A stretch of DNA of 64,000 bases from contig JAHJTG010000008.1 in NCBI GenBank assembly GCA_018829965.1, forward strand, positions 9,314 to 73,313. Reading direction: 5' to 3'. The notes below the pieces were generated by a model, which saw nothing but the letters and a program-made list of their open reading frames with translations, ran no database searches and was not told the origin of the DNA. Positions 20,698 to 29,093 of this stretch are shown here, piece by piece; position 1 is the first letter of the stretch; every line of letters begins with the position of its first letter. The stretch is from Patescibacteria group bacterium (lineage in GTDB: Bacteria; Patescibacteriota; Minisyncoccia; Minisyncoccales; Staskawiczbacteraceae). The translations under genes and the position numbers were made by a program.

Positions 20698-21461
20698 CAC
20701 ATAATCTTCTATCACTAGAAGTGTAGACTATATCTTCATCCCGCCTAGCGGGAGTCGGCGTATTATGATGGGTTTAAAGCCACCATCCTTCCTTAAAATA
20801 ATGATTTTAAGAAAAAGTCGTTACGGGGTCATATCTAAAATTTTTAATAATTCTTGCTTTGTTTTCTTTTTCTTGGCTATATAGTTATCCGATTGAATGG
20901 CTATAATATAATTTACTATCTTTTTTAATTCGTTTTTTGTTAAACAATTTTTCCTTTTCTTAGAAAAAAGACAAACAGCTTTATATAGTGCTTTCGCCTG
21001 CTTTTGTTTAAAACGAATAAAAGGTATTAAATCTTTTAGGATATTTTCTATTTGCTTGAATCCATTTATTCTTAATTCACTCATTCCGTCGTTTCTTTGA
21101 GAAAAATATCCTATACCAAGTTTTTTCTTTATCCAATGGAGTGGTTTTTCGTGACGACTATCTTGATAAAAACAGATAGTAGCCATTAAGCGCCAATTTG
21201 TTTTACCATCTTTGCGCTTCTTAATTTGAAGCATTAAGCTTCCGTCTCCATCGAGAAAACCTGCGATATAAGCTAAATTTATTTTAGATTGACTTCCCAC
21301 GGTATTATCTTAATAATTATAATTTCTGGTCCTCAAGTAAATTGTACCATAATTAATGGACCGATTGCAATTATGGTTATCAACGAACCAGATATATTAA
21401 GGTTTCACCGTTATTAGCCGAATTGTCATCGTGGATTACTCCACGAAGTAGCAAATTTCTT
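20698..21461 (-). mobile_element. Group I intron in the 23S sarcin-ricin loop
   Basis: Exons rejoin as CCCUAGU|ACGAGAGGACCGG. The intron follows U and ends in G. It contains AAUACCGUGGGAAG, CCCCGUAA.., and GAUAUAGUCU (S element). Confidence 0.85.
20821..21300 (-). CDS. LAGLIDADG homing endonuclease, single-motif (I-CreI-like, presumably homodimeric); GTG start
   Basis: LAYIAGFLDGDGSL near the N-terminus; 159 aa; lies wholly inside the intron. Confidence 0.9.
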   Translation of the reverse strand: MGSQSKINLAYIAGFLDGDGSLMLQIKKRKDGKTNWRLMATICFYQDSRHEKPLHWIKKKLGIGYFSQRNDGMSELRINGFKQIENILKDLIPFIRFKQKQAKALYKAVCLFSKKRKNCLTKNELKKIVNYIIAIQSDNYIAKKKKTKQELLKILDMTP

Positions 21462-21523
21462 ACTAGGGTCAGAGCCTCTCAAAACTCTACGATCGCGGTA
21501 GATAAGGACCAACCTGTCTCACG

Positions 21524-22214
21524 CATATTTGTCATTTATTACTAAATGTATGGACTATACCACTACCCAAATTAATTGGGTAATCGACGTTTTAGCCGCC
21601 GTTAGGCGACTCCGACCGATTAAGGTCAAGTCTCTACGGGGTCGATGTATACACCTTTCGATTCTTTGAATAATTTAATTCACGAAAAGTATCAATTAAT
21701 TTAGCAAGTTTATTAAAATCTTTCTGGCATTTAACTTTACTTTTTTGAACAATAATTTTTTTCAGGAGATTTATTTGAGCTTTCTTCATTAATACATACG
21801 GGCCAACGAGTCCGATAAATTTATTTATCCCCTCTTGGGTCCCAATAATATATTCGAGAATTCCATCTTTTCTAACCCTTAAATATCCTAAATTAATTAA
21901 AGCACAAACTTTAGCAAAATTATTTTGGTTTTTCTGTGATTGGAATAACACAATGTAATTTACAACTTGGAAACCATACTTATAAGTTTTGTTTGGTTTT
22001 AGTTGCGCATATACACTACCATCCCCATCAAGAAATCCAGCCAAATATGATCTTTGTGTTTGCGAAATTAATTTTTTCATACACGACTTCCCTCGGTATT
22101 ATCCTATCATACGACAGATTATAATGAAAGGACTTCACCGATATGAGTCGATTTATTCACTGTAATATTACTATTACAGGCCGCCTAGCTTGTTAACAGA
22201 TCAAGCTTTAGTCG
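21524..22214 (-). mobile_element. Group I intron in 23S domain V (after ~U2593, the I-CreI-type site)
   Basis: Exons rejoin as GGGUUCAAACCGU|CGUGAGACAGGUUGG. Core elements AAUACCGAGGGAAG, CCCCGUAGAGACUUGAC, GGUAUAGUCC. Confidence 0.85.
21634..22080 (-). CDS. LAGLIDADG homing endonuclease, I-CreI family
   Basis: SYLAGFLDGDGSVYAQLKPNKTYKYGFQV aligns by eye with I-CreI YLAGFVDGDGSIIAQIKPNQSYKFKHQL; 148 aa. Confidence 0.9.
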   Translation of the reverse strand: MKKLISQTQRSYLAGFLDGDGSVYAQLKPNKTYKYGFQVVNYIVLFQSQKNQNNFAKVCALINLGYLRVRKDGILEYIIGTQEGINKFIGLVGPYVLMKKAQINLLKKIIVQKSKVKCQKDFNKLAKLIDTFRELNYSKNRKVYTSTP

Positions 22215-22307
22215 ACGGTTTGAACCCAGCTCACGTAACACTTTAATTGGCGAACAGCCAAACCCTTGGGAGCGGCTTCACCCCCAGGATGTGTTGAGCC
22301 GACATCG

Positions 22308-22592
22308 CTGTCGGTAATTTTTCTCTCCTTACAGAGAGGTTCGGACTATATCTTCACCCTTTCTCAATAAGAAAGGGGCTGGCGTGTTAGCTCTCCAATT
22401 TTTTGGAGAACTCCGACTATTAAAAGTCAAGTCTCTACAGGGTTATAACCCAATCTTTTTAAGAATTGAGTTAAACTTCCCACGGTATTATCGTTTAGTT
22501 TTACTAATTTTACCATATGAACTAAGTACGATTCCACCGTTATAAGCCAGATTTTTGGTATAGCATTACTGCTATAGCACCCCGATTTGTTA
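22308..22592 (-). mobile_element. ORF-less group I intron in 23S domain V (after ~U2500) with a homing-endonuclease-gene relic
   Basis: Exons rejoin as GUUCGGCACCU|CGAUGUCGGCUC. Keeps AAUACCGUGGGAAG, CCUGUAGAGACUUGAC, GAUAUAGUCC. Only an 18-codon remnant (MGSLTQFLKRLGYNPVET*) lies between them. Confidence 0.8.
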
Positions 22593-23209
22593 AGGTGCCG
22601 AACAGAGCCGTCGCTATGGACGCTCGGGCTCTACCAGCCTGTTATCCCCGGAGTAGCTTTTGGTTGATGATCTTTCGCGGTTCTAATAACCACGATCGGT
22701 TCACTAAGTTCTGGTTTCCCAACTGCGCGACATATCCGTCTTGCAGTAAAGCCGGCATTTGGCTTTGCCCTATCGCTCCGATTTCCATCCGGAGCTAGCC
22801 GACCTTATAAACGCCTCCATTACCTTTTAGGAGGCAAGTGCCCCACTTAAACTGCCCATTAAACACTGTCTCCGCCTAAGGCGGATTAGAATCAGGGTTT
22901 TTAAAGGATGGTGTTTCATCGGCGACTCCACCCTGTCCGAAAACAAGGTTTCAAAGTCTCCCATCTACGCTACGCATTAAAAACCAAAACTCAATATCTA
23001 ACTACAGTAAAGCTTCCGGGGTCTTTCCGTCTAGCCGCGATTAACCGGCATCTTCACCGGTATTGCATTTTCACCGGGCTCCTCGTTGAGACAGTTCTCT
23101 AGTCGTTAAGCCATTCATGCGGGCCGGAACTTACCCGGCAAGGGATTACGCTACCTTTGGACGGTTATAGTTACCGCCGACGTTCACTGGTGCTTCAATC
23201 AATGAGCCC

Positions 23210-23320
23210 CACTCCGCTCCTTACTTCGTAAGAGCTTCGAAGGGGCAGGTATTCTTTTTTTCAGAATACTTGTCCTGCGTAGCTTTTTTTACGAAACAAA
23301 AAGCGAAGTAGGACCCTCAA
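23210..23320 (-). repeat. 23S hairpin insertion 1 (domain IV, ~E. coli 1860 region)
   Basis: ~110 extra nt relative to E. coli, with nested hairpins (caggtattc-ttttttt-cagaatacttg). Confidence 0.6.
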
Positions 23321-23427
23321 CTTTAACATTCCAGCACTGGTCAGGCTTCACCCCCTATACATCCTCTTACGAGTTAGCAGAGAGCTGTGTTTTTGATAAA
23401 CAGTCGCTAGAGATACGTTAGCTGCGT

Positions 23428-23572
23428 CCCACCGCACCTCGCTATGCTCGGTACTACCGCGGATTAACACGGATTTTAACTGATTAACACGGATAAAATA
23501 TCCGTATGAATCCAGTCGTATCCGCATGTATCCGTGGTACCAAACGCAGTGAGGTACGGTAGGAAGGCCATA
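23428..23572 (-). repeat. 23S hairpin insertion 2 (variable helix ~E. coli 1730)
   Basis: Outer arms cctcgctatgctcgg / ccaaacgcagtgagg enclose CGGAT-rich modules (family I, also at 38245-38300). Confidence 0.7.
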
Positions 23573-24712
23573 TTGCGAACTTACGGCCGCTTTTTTGCCG
23601 AGTTCCTTAACGAGGAATCACCCGTTCATCTTGGCACACTTACGCCGACCCACCTGTGTCGGTTTACGGTACGGTTCCCATTTTTTTAACCCTACGAGCT
23701 TTTCTAGACAACGCGCTCATCCGAATCGCCAGTGCCGAAGCACCAACTTTTCTCATTCCTTAGATTACTCCTAAGAACAAGAACATAAATCCAATAATTT
23801 GCTCGGACTACTGTGTTGTGTCACTCTTCAGAAAAAAATGGAAGGGACGGAATATTAACCGTCTAACCATTAGGTACGCCTTTCGGCTTCCCCTTAGGAC
23901 CGCCTAACCCTTGGCTGATTGCCATTGCCAAGGAACCCTTGGGTTTTCGATGTCCCGGTATTTCACCGAGATTGCGGTTACTCATGCCAACATTCTCTCT
24001 TCTTAACGCTCCACCAGACCTCACAGTCTAGCTTCGCAGCGATAAGAATGCTCTCCTACCACGCATAAAAACCTGAGTTTCTATGCATCCATATCTTCGG
24101 TATTAAGCTTTAGTCCCGATGAATCTTCGGCGCACTTTGCCTATATAGGACAGTGAGTTGTTACACACTCTTTAAAAGATAGCTACCTCTAAGCTAACTT
24201 CCTGCCTGTAAAGGGCAAAATACTTCCTTAATCTACACTTAGCTTAATTTTGGGACCTTAGATGATGATCTGGACTGTTCTCCTTACGACCATGGAGCTT
24301 AGCCCCCACAGTCTAACTGCCTTTTTGACGATGCTGGTATTCGGAGTTTAATTAGAATATCTGAGCGAAGCCCAAGAAATTCTATTTAGTGCTCTACCCC
24401 CAGCACCTAAACAAAAGACGCTAGCCCTAAAGCTATGTCGGAGAGAACCAGCTATTACCAAGCTCGATTAGCTTATCACTTCTTACCACAGGTCATCCCA
24501 GAGTATTGCACGGCTCAAGGGTTCGGACCTCCCCCGCTCTTTCGAGAGGGTTCATCCTGCCCATGGCAAGCTCGCCTGGCTTCGGGTCTCAACCACTCAG
24601 CTTAATTGTTTGCGCTATTAACGCTCGCTTTCGCTATGCCTCCACCCCGTAAGGGTTTAGACTAGCTGAGTAACTGAACTCGTTGGCTCGTTCTGCAAAA
24701 AGCACGCCATCA

Positions 24713-24898
24713 CCAGCCACATCTCGCTGCGCTCGATGTGTCTGGAAACCCTAAATCCTAAATCCGAAATCCTAAACAATAACTAAAATCCAAAATCAAA
24801 AACTTATTTTAAATTTGAAATTTAGAATTTGGAATTTGTTTAGAGTTTCGTGTTTAGTGCTTAGAATTTCCGCATCGAACAAAGTGAGATGCGGCCAG
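24713..24898 (-). repeat. 23S hairpin insertion 3 (helix 25 region, ~E. coli 540)
   Basis: Outer arms catctcgctgcgctcgatg / catcgaacaaagtgagatg enclose inverted heptamer arrays of family C. Confidence 0.7.
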
Positions 24899-25286
24899 CT
24901 CTGACTCGTTGTAAGCAAATGGTTTCAGGTTCTATTTCATCGGGGTCGCCCCCCTACTTTTCACCTTTCCCTCACGGTACTGGTTCACTATCGGTAATAT
25001 TGAGTATTTAGCCTTGGCCGTATAGTTCGGCCTGATTCCTGCCAGGTTATCATTCCCGACAGTACTTAAGTAAAATAGCAAGGAGCGTAAAGTCGTTTTC
25101 GTCTACAGGACTATTACCTTCTATGGTCACCCTTTCCAGGGTTATTTGACTAACGAAAAATTTATTCTTGCAGAGCAAAAATAAATTTACACTTTACCAA
25201 AATGTTCTCCCTCGGATAGAATCCAGCACTCTTTAACGTTTCAAAAAGTACTGGATGCTCCCGACGCTAAATCCTTGCAACCCCAA

Positions 25287-25425
25287 TCGCTCGCGCCTCG
25301 CTATGCTCGTCGCTTCGCTCTCCTACCAATTACGAATTTTTTCGAATTACGAATATTCGTAATTAGTTTAAATTGGTAATTCGTAGGAAGAGTAAGTGCC
25401 GAACGCAGTAAGGCACGAACGAATG
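25287..25425 (-). repeat. 23S hairpin insertion 4 (domain I, ~E. coli 270 region)
   Basis: Outer arms gcctcgctatgctcg / cgaacgcagtaaggc enclose ACGAAT modules of family B. Confidence 0.7.
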
Positions 25426-25471
25426 GTTTGGGCTCTTCCCTTTTCGCTCGCCACTACTAAGGGAATAACTG

Positions 25472-25747
25472 GTCCTACATCTCACAAATTCCGCTAAATT
25501 TAGAAACGAAATAATGCGCTAAATTCAAGACGCGATGACGAAACGCATAAGTGAAACGATGCGTTGAGGAAGAGCCTCGCAGAAGTTAGCCATTATTTCG
25601 CTTCCCTTTCGGGCGGGCGAATTCTGGACATATTCTTTGTTGCTCGTCGCTCACGTATCGCGTTGCTTATACGCTGTCGCTCCTCGCGTCGCGAATCTGT
25701 CGCAGAATTCGCTTCGCTAAATTAGTGCAATTTGTGAGATGCAGGAC
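25472..25747 (-). repeat. 23S insertion 5: 276-nt element with 19-bp terminal inverted repeats (domain I, ~E. coli 215)
   Basis: gtcctacatctcacaaatt ... aatttgtgagatgcaggac (18/19 complementary), with an internal gcgaattctg/cagaattcgc hairpin. No ORF and no group I core. Confidence 0.75.
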
Positions 25748-26333
25748 ATTTGTTCTCTTTTCCTCTGGGTACTGTGATGTTTCGCTTCCCCAGGTCTACC
25801 CCTAACCTTGCGGTCAGGTAATCCCGTTCTGCGGGATTGGGTTGCCCCATTCAGAAACCTCCGGATCAAAGGTTGCTAGCCACCTCCCCGAAGCTTATCG
25901 CAGGCACGCCACGTCTTTCATCGCCTCAATATTCCAAGGCATCCACCATTTGCCTATAAAATTATTTTCTTTGCGTAAGTTTATTCAACAATATAAATAC
26001 TGCTGAATGAATAGATACAGATTTTAGATATCTATTACTATTATATTTTTAGATGATTCTTTACTCTGTTAAAAAAAGACCCCTGTCTAAAGTTTAACAG
26101 AGTGGCCTAATTATATCTTTTTAAAAAAAGCAAGATTATAATTAGGGTTGTATTTTCAAAGTTCTTGATAAATATACTATTCTTAAAAAATTAAAAACCG
26201 CCTAGTTAAAGCGGTCCATCAGACATATACCCGCCTGCATCGCCTGTGGCGAAAGCCACTGCGGGCAGGCAAAAACTCGGAGTTTAACCGCTTCTTTTTC
26301 TAAAAATGGTTTTAATATTTATCATGTAAGGTT

Positions 26334-26362
26334 ATATTATTCTATAAATAAAAACGTGTCAA
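26334..26362 (-). promoter_or_regulatory. Candidate sigma70-type promoter for the 23S-5S unit
   Basis: Minus strand reads TTGACA-17 nt-TAATAT, ~360 nt upstream of the 23S 5' end and upstream of the processing stem. Confidence 0.45.
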
Positions 26363-26499
26363 GCCTTTCACCCTTTAAAAGAAGGTGTAGGGCACAGACC
26401 ATTGTCCTCCTGACGCGAAACTGGATCAATAATTTATGATATTATATACAAAATCTGTCACACAATATTGGGAGACCCGACCTCCCAATTAAATTAATT

Positions 26500-26533
26500 G
26501 AAAACAAAGCCCGGTCGCCTTAGGCGACCGGGC
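26500..26533 (-). terminator. Rho-independent terminator after the 26560-27240 gene
   Basis: gcccggtcgcc-taa-ggcgaccgggc hairpin followed (minus strand) by uuuguuuu. Confidence 0.7.
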
Positions 26534-26559
26534 TAATGTTTTCAATACTGAAAATTTAT

Positions 26560-27240
26560 CTATTTAATCTTTCTCTTTAAGTTCTCAATTGCTTGAGCTG
26601 CAGCATCTTTTCCACCTAAACCGAAAGCCAACATAACCGAACCGGCAATAGCGGCAACAATACCATAAACTATACCCTTGTATAGAATCTGGACTAAATC
26701 TGATTTTGGTAATAATTGATCTAAGATCATGAATATTAAGAAAATCCAAATTGTCCATCTTACGATAGAGGCTGCTAAATGAGCGTAACCGATTTTCATT
26801 TTCTCAACTGTTGCTCTTACTAACTTTTCTACGATATCAGCAATAACTACACCGACTACAAAAATTAAAACAGCGATAATGATGTTTGGGATATAGTTTA
26901 AGATATCCCTTAGAAGTTCTCCAAATTTAGTTAAATTTAGAATATCAACTGTTAATAATAATGTGACGATTACAAATATCCATTTAACGATAGCTCCAAT
27001 AAAAGCAGACGGATCCACTTTTATATCAGCTTTCTCAATGGCTTTCTGCCAACCTTCTTTTTCAAAAAGACGGTTGAATTTTAGTCCCTTCAAAAGTTCG
27101 GTTATAAATCTGCCGATTCCGACAGAGATGATATAGCCGATAACGAAGACAATTATTGCTATTATAAGTTGAGGAAGAAACGAAACCAATTCTTTAAGAA
27201 ATGGTTGTATAATTGTTACGTACCATTCTGGTGTTACCAT
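26560..27240 (-). CDS. Polytopic membrane protein (repeated TM-helix type, possibly mechanosensitive-channel-associated)
   Basis: ~6 TM helices with internal repeats; no catalytic motif. Confidence 0.5.
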   Translation of the reverse strand: MVTPEWYVTIIQPFLKELVSFLPQLIIAIIVFVIGYIISVGIGRFITELLKGLKFNRLFEKEGWQKAIEKADIKVDPSAFIGAIVKWIFVIVTLLLTVDILNLTKFGELLRDILNYIPNIIIAVLIFVVGVVIADIVEKLVRATVEKMKIGYAHLAASIVRWTIWIFLIFMILDQLLPKSDLVQILYKGIVYGIVAAIAGSVMLAFGLGGKDAAAQAIENLKRKIK

Positions 27241-27411
27241 ATTTATTTTAGGTTTAATTATCGATTTATTAATAAATAATTCGACCTTTATAAATTAGGC
27301 TTCTTGTCTGCCTGCGGTAGATCTCCCAAAGGGAGACAACCAGCCTAATCGTTAAACATTATTTTATTATGTGCTTATCTGCCTAAGAATCAACCCCTTA
27401 TGTGGATAATT

Positions 27412-28500
27412 CTATCCATGCTTTATCTCAATCACATCTCCGTCTTGAATGATATATTCCTTTCCTTCTGTTCTTATTAATCCCCTCTCTCTTGCCTTAG
27501 AAAAACCGCCGGCTTCAATCAAATCTTTCCAATTAATAACCTCGGCTTTAACAAACGTCTTTTCAAAATCGCTATGGATTACTCCTCCTGCTTGCGGAGC
27601 CATCTCCCCTCTTTTTATTGTCCAAGCACGCGTCTCATCTGTCCCAGTTGTCAAAAAAGTAATTAGACTTAACAGCTCGTAAGATTTTTTAACTAAAATA
27701 TCTGTTTCTGACTCTGGAGGAAATCCCAAAGAGATTCTTTCTTCTTTTAAGAAACCTGCTGTTTCAAATTCTGAAGCGATGTCTACTATTAAATACGGCC
27801 AACTTGTCTCGCCAGAATTGGCTGGGTTATTCTTTTTAAAAACCTCTAAAGTATTTTGATCCACCTCCTCATCTTTTCCGTTTAAAAGATACAGCCTTGG
27901 TTTTAATGTTAATAATTGAAAACTATCCAAAATTTTCTTCTCTTCATCTGTAAAGCTTTGCTCAACTAATATTTTTTCTTCAGTTAAAAATTCTTTTGCT
28001 TTTTTTAATACTTCCATTTCCTTAATCGCCTCCTTCCTATTAGCCCTTACATCACCCTCCAAGCCATGTATTCTTTTCGTAATAGTATCTAAATCTTTTA
28101 AAATTAATTCTACGTCTAAGATCCCTTTATCTCTTAATGGACTTATTGATTCTTGCGTGTTAATAATATCGGAATTAGAAAAAGCGCGAAGGATATATAT
28201 GATTGCATCTGTTTCACGAATATTTGCTAAAAACTTGTTTCCCAAGCCTTCGCCTTCGCTCGCCCCTTTTACCAAGCCGGCGATATCAACAAACTCAATG
28301 GTTGTATAAATCTTCTTTGCAGAACTAGTTAATTCAGCTAATTTATCAACTCTTTCGTCTGGAACCAAAACAACCCCTACATTAGGGTCAATTGTACAAA
28401 AAGGATAATTAGCAATATCCACTTCCTTTTTGGTTAATGTTTTAAATAGAGTGGACTTACCTACATTCGGTAATCCTACAATGCCTATACTAAGTGCCAT
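27412..28500 (-). CDS. ychF: Ribosome-binding ATPase YchF
   Basis: G1 GLPNVGKST, NYPFCTIDPN, DIAGLV.GAS.G.GLGN.FL, C-terminal TGS-like domain. Confidence 0.95.
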   Translation of the reverse strand: MALSIGIVGLPNVGKSTLFKTLTKKEVDIANYPFCTIDPNVGVVLVPDERVDKLAELTSSAKKIYTTIEFVDIAGLVKGASEGEGLGNKFLANIRETDAIIYILRAFSNSDIINTQESISPLRDKGILDVELILKDLDTITKRIHGLEGDVRANRKEAIKEMEVLKKAKEFLTEEKILVEQSFTDEEKKILDSFQLLTLKPRLYLLNGKDEEVDQNTLEVFKKNNPANSGETSWPYLIVDIASEFETAGFLKEERISLGFPPESETDILVKKSYELLSLITFLTTGTDETRAWTIKRGEMAPQAGGVIHSDFEKTFVKAEVINWKDLIEAGGFSKARERGLIRTEGKEYIIQDGDVIEIKHG

Positions 28501-28529
28501 TTATAAATTTTTAAAATTATTTTTTTATA

Positions 28530-28883
28530 TTAAAACCTATAAATATTGCCCTCCGATGGAGTTTCAATATTAGTATTTGCTAAAACTTTTTTTATTCTCT
28601 CTGCTTCATTTTCAATTATTTCCCCGTCGTATTCTCCACTATGACTATGCGCTCCACTATTTTCATATGAAGCAAACTTCTGATCTAAATGAAGATTGAA
28701 GATAAACTCGTTATGGTCCTCATCTTTTTTTATAAACACATGGAATCTCGGGTAACCATATCCCCTGCTTAAATCCTTAACAAGGCTTTCTTCGCCGTTC
28801 TCGCTTTTTCTGCCAATCTTATATCCAATCTTCTTCGCCATATTTACAATAGTTTCGTTAGTGTTTTTAACTATAAATTTCAT
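28530..28883 (-). CDS. Hypothetical protein (117 aa; start moved to Met66 of the tracked ORF)
   Basis: The ORF-track N-terminus reads through tRNA-Ala and repeat DNA. MKFIVKN... begins 8 nt downstream of the tRNA. Confidence 0.5.
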   Translation of the reverse strand: MKFIVKNTNETIVNMAKKIGYKIGRKSENGEESLVKDLSRGYGYPRFHVFIKKDEDHNEFIFNLHLDQKFASYENSGAHSHSGEYDGEIIENEAERIKKVLANTNIETPSEGNIYRF

Positions 28884-28891
28884 ATTATTTA

Positions 28892-28962
28892 TGGACCCTG
28901 CGAGAATCGAACTCGCATCTCCTCGTTGCAAACGAGGTGTGCTACCACTATACCAAGGGCCC
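28892..28962 (-). tRNA. tRNA-Ala (anticodon UGC)
   Basis: Acceptor GGGCCCU/AGGGUCC with the G3:U70 identity pair; anticodon stem CCUCG/CGAGG with loop UUUGCAA; T arm GCGAG-UUCGAUU-CUCGC. Confidence 0.85.
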
Positions 28963-28965
28963 ACC

Positions 28966-29060
28966 AAAGCTATCGAGAATCTTCGATTTCTTTCAGAAAT
29001 CGGGACAAATGTCCCGATGGCTGTTGCCATCGCGGATGCTCGATTTTGCTCGGCAAAATC
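28966..29060. repeat. Family A module cluster (GTCCCGAT / TCGAGnATCnTCGA words)
   Basis: atcgagaatcttcgat, tttctttcagaaatcgggac, gtcccgatggctgttgccatcg, cgattttgctcggcaaaatcg: concatenated small hairpins. Confidence 0.75.
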
Positions 29061-29092
29061 GGCAAGGTGTTCTACCACTAAACTAAAGCCCC
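29061..29092 (-). pseudogene. Orphan tRNA 5' half (acceptor strand, U8, D arm, start of anticodon stem)
   Basis: GGGGCUU-UA-GUUU-AGUGGUA-GAAC-A-CCUUG then runs straight into family A repeats. No matching 3' half (CAAGG... AAGCCCC) before tRNA-Ala. Confidence 0.5.
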
Positions 29093-29093
29093 C

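Larger units (their letters stand above)
20474..25975 (-). rRNA. rrl: 23S rRNA gene, ~5.5 kb: ~2.9 kb of conserved core plus 3 group I introns and 5 hairpin insertions
   Basis: Collinear by eye with E. coli 23S from GGUGGAUGCC (5') to GCUGAAAGCAUCUAAG...GUACUAAU (3'). Flanks 20373-20423 and 26010-26066 are complementary (processing stem). Ends are +/-15 nt. Confidence 0.95.

Noticed and set aside
22595-23102. ORFs 22595-22798 (+) and 22908-23102 (+)
   Set aside because: They run antisense through conserved 23S exon sequence (domain V/IV blocks) and have no coding features.
25472-25747. Eighth group I or a group II intron in 23S domain I
   Set aside because: It has no GAUAUAGUCC or AGAGACU-type core, no group II 5' GUGYG or domain V, and no ORF. 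The structure is a simple long terminal stem, so it is treated as an intervening-sequence or MITE-like insertion.
28884-29078. N-terminal 65 codons of tracked ORF 28530-29078
   Set aside because: They read through tRNA-Ala and family A repeats. The gene was re-started at the MKFIVKN Met (28883).
28963-29092. Group I intron inside a tRNA gene (as in some bacterial tRNA-Leu, tRNA-Ile and tRNA-Arg genes)
   Set aside because: The sequence following the tRNA 5' half has none of the group I core words found in the seven rRNA introns. No 3' tRNA half follows.
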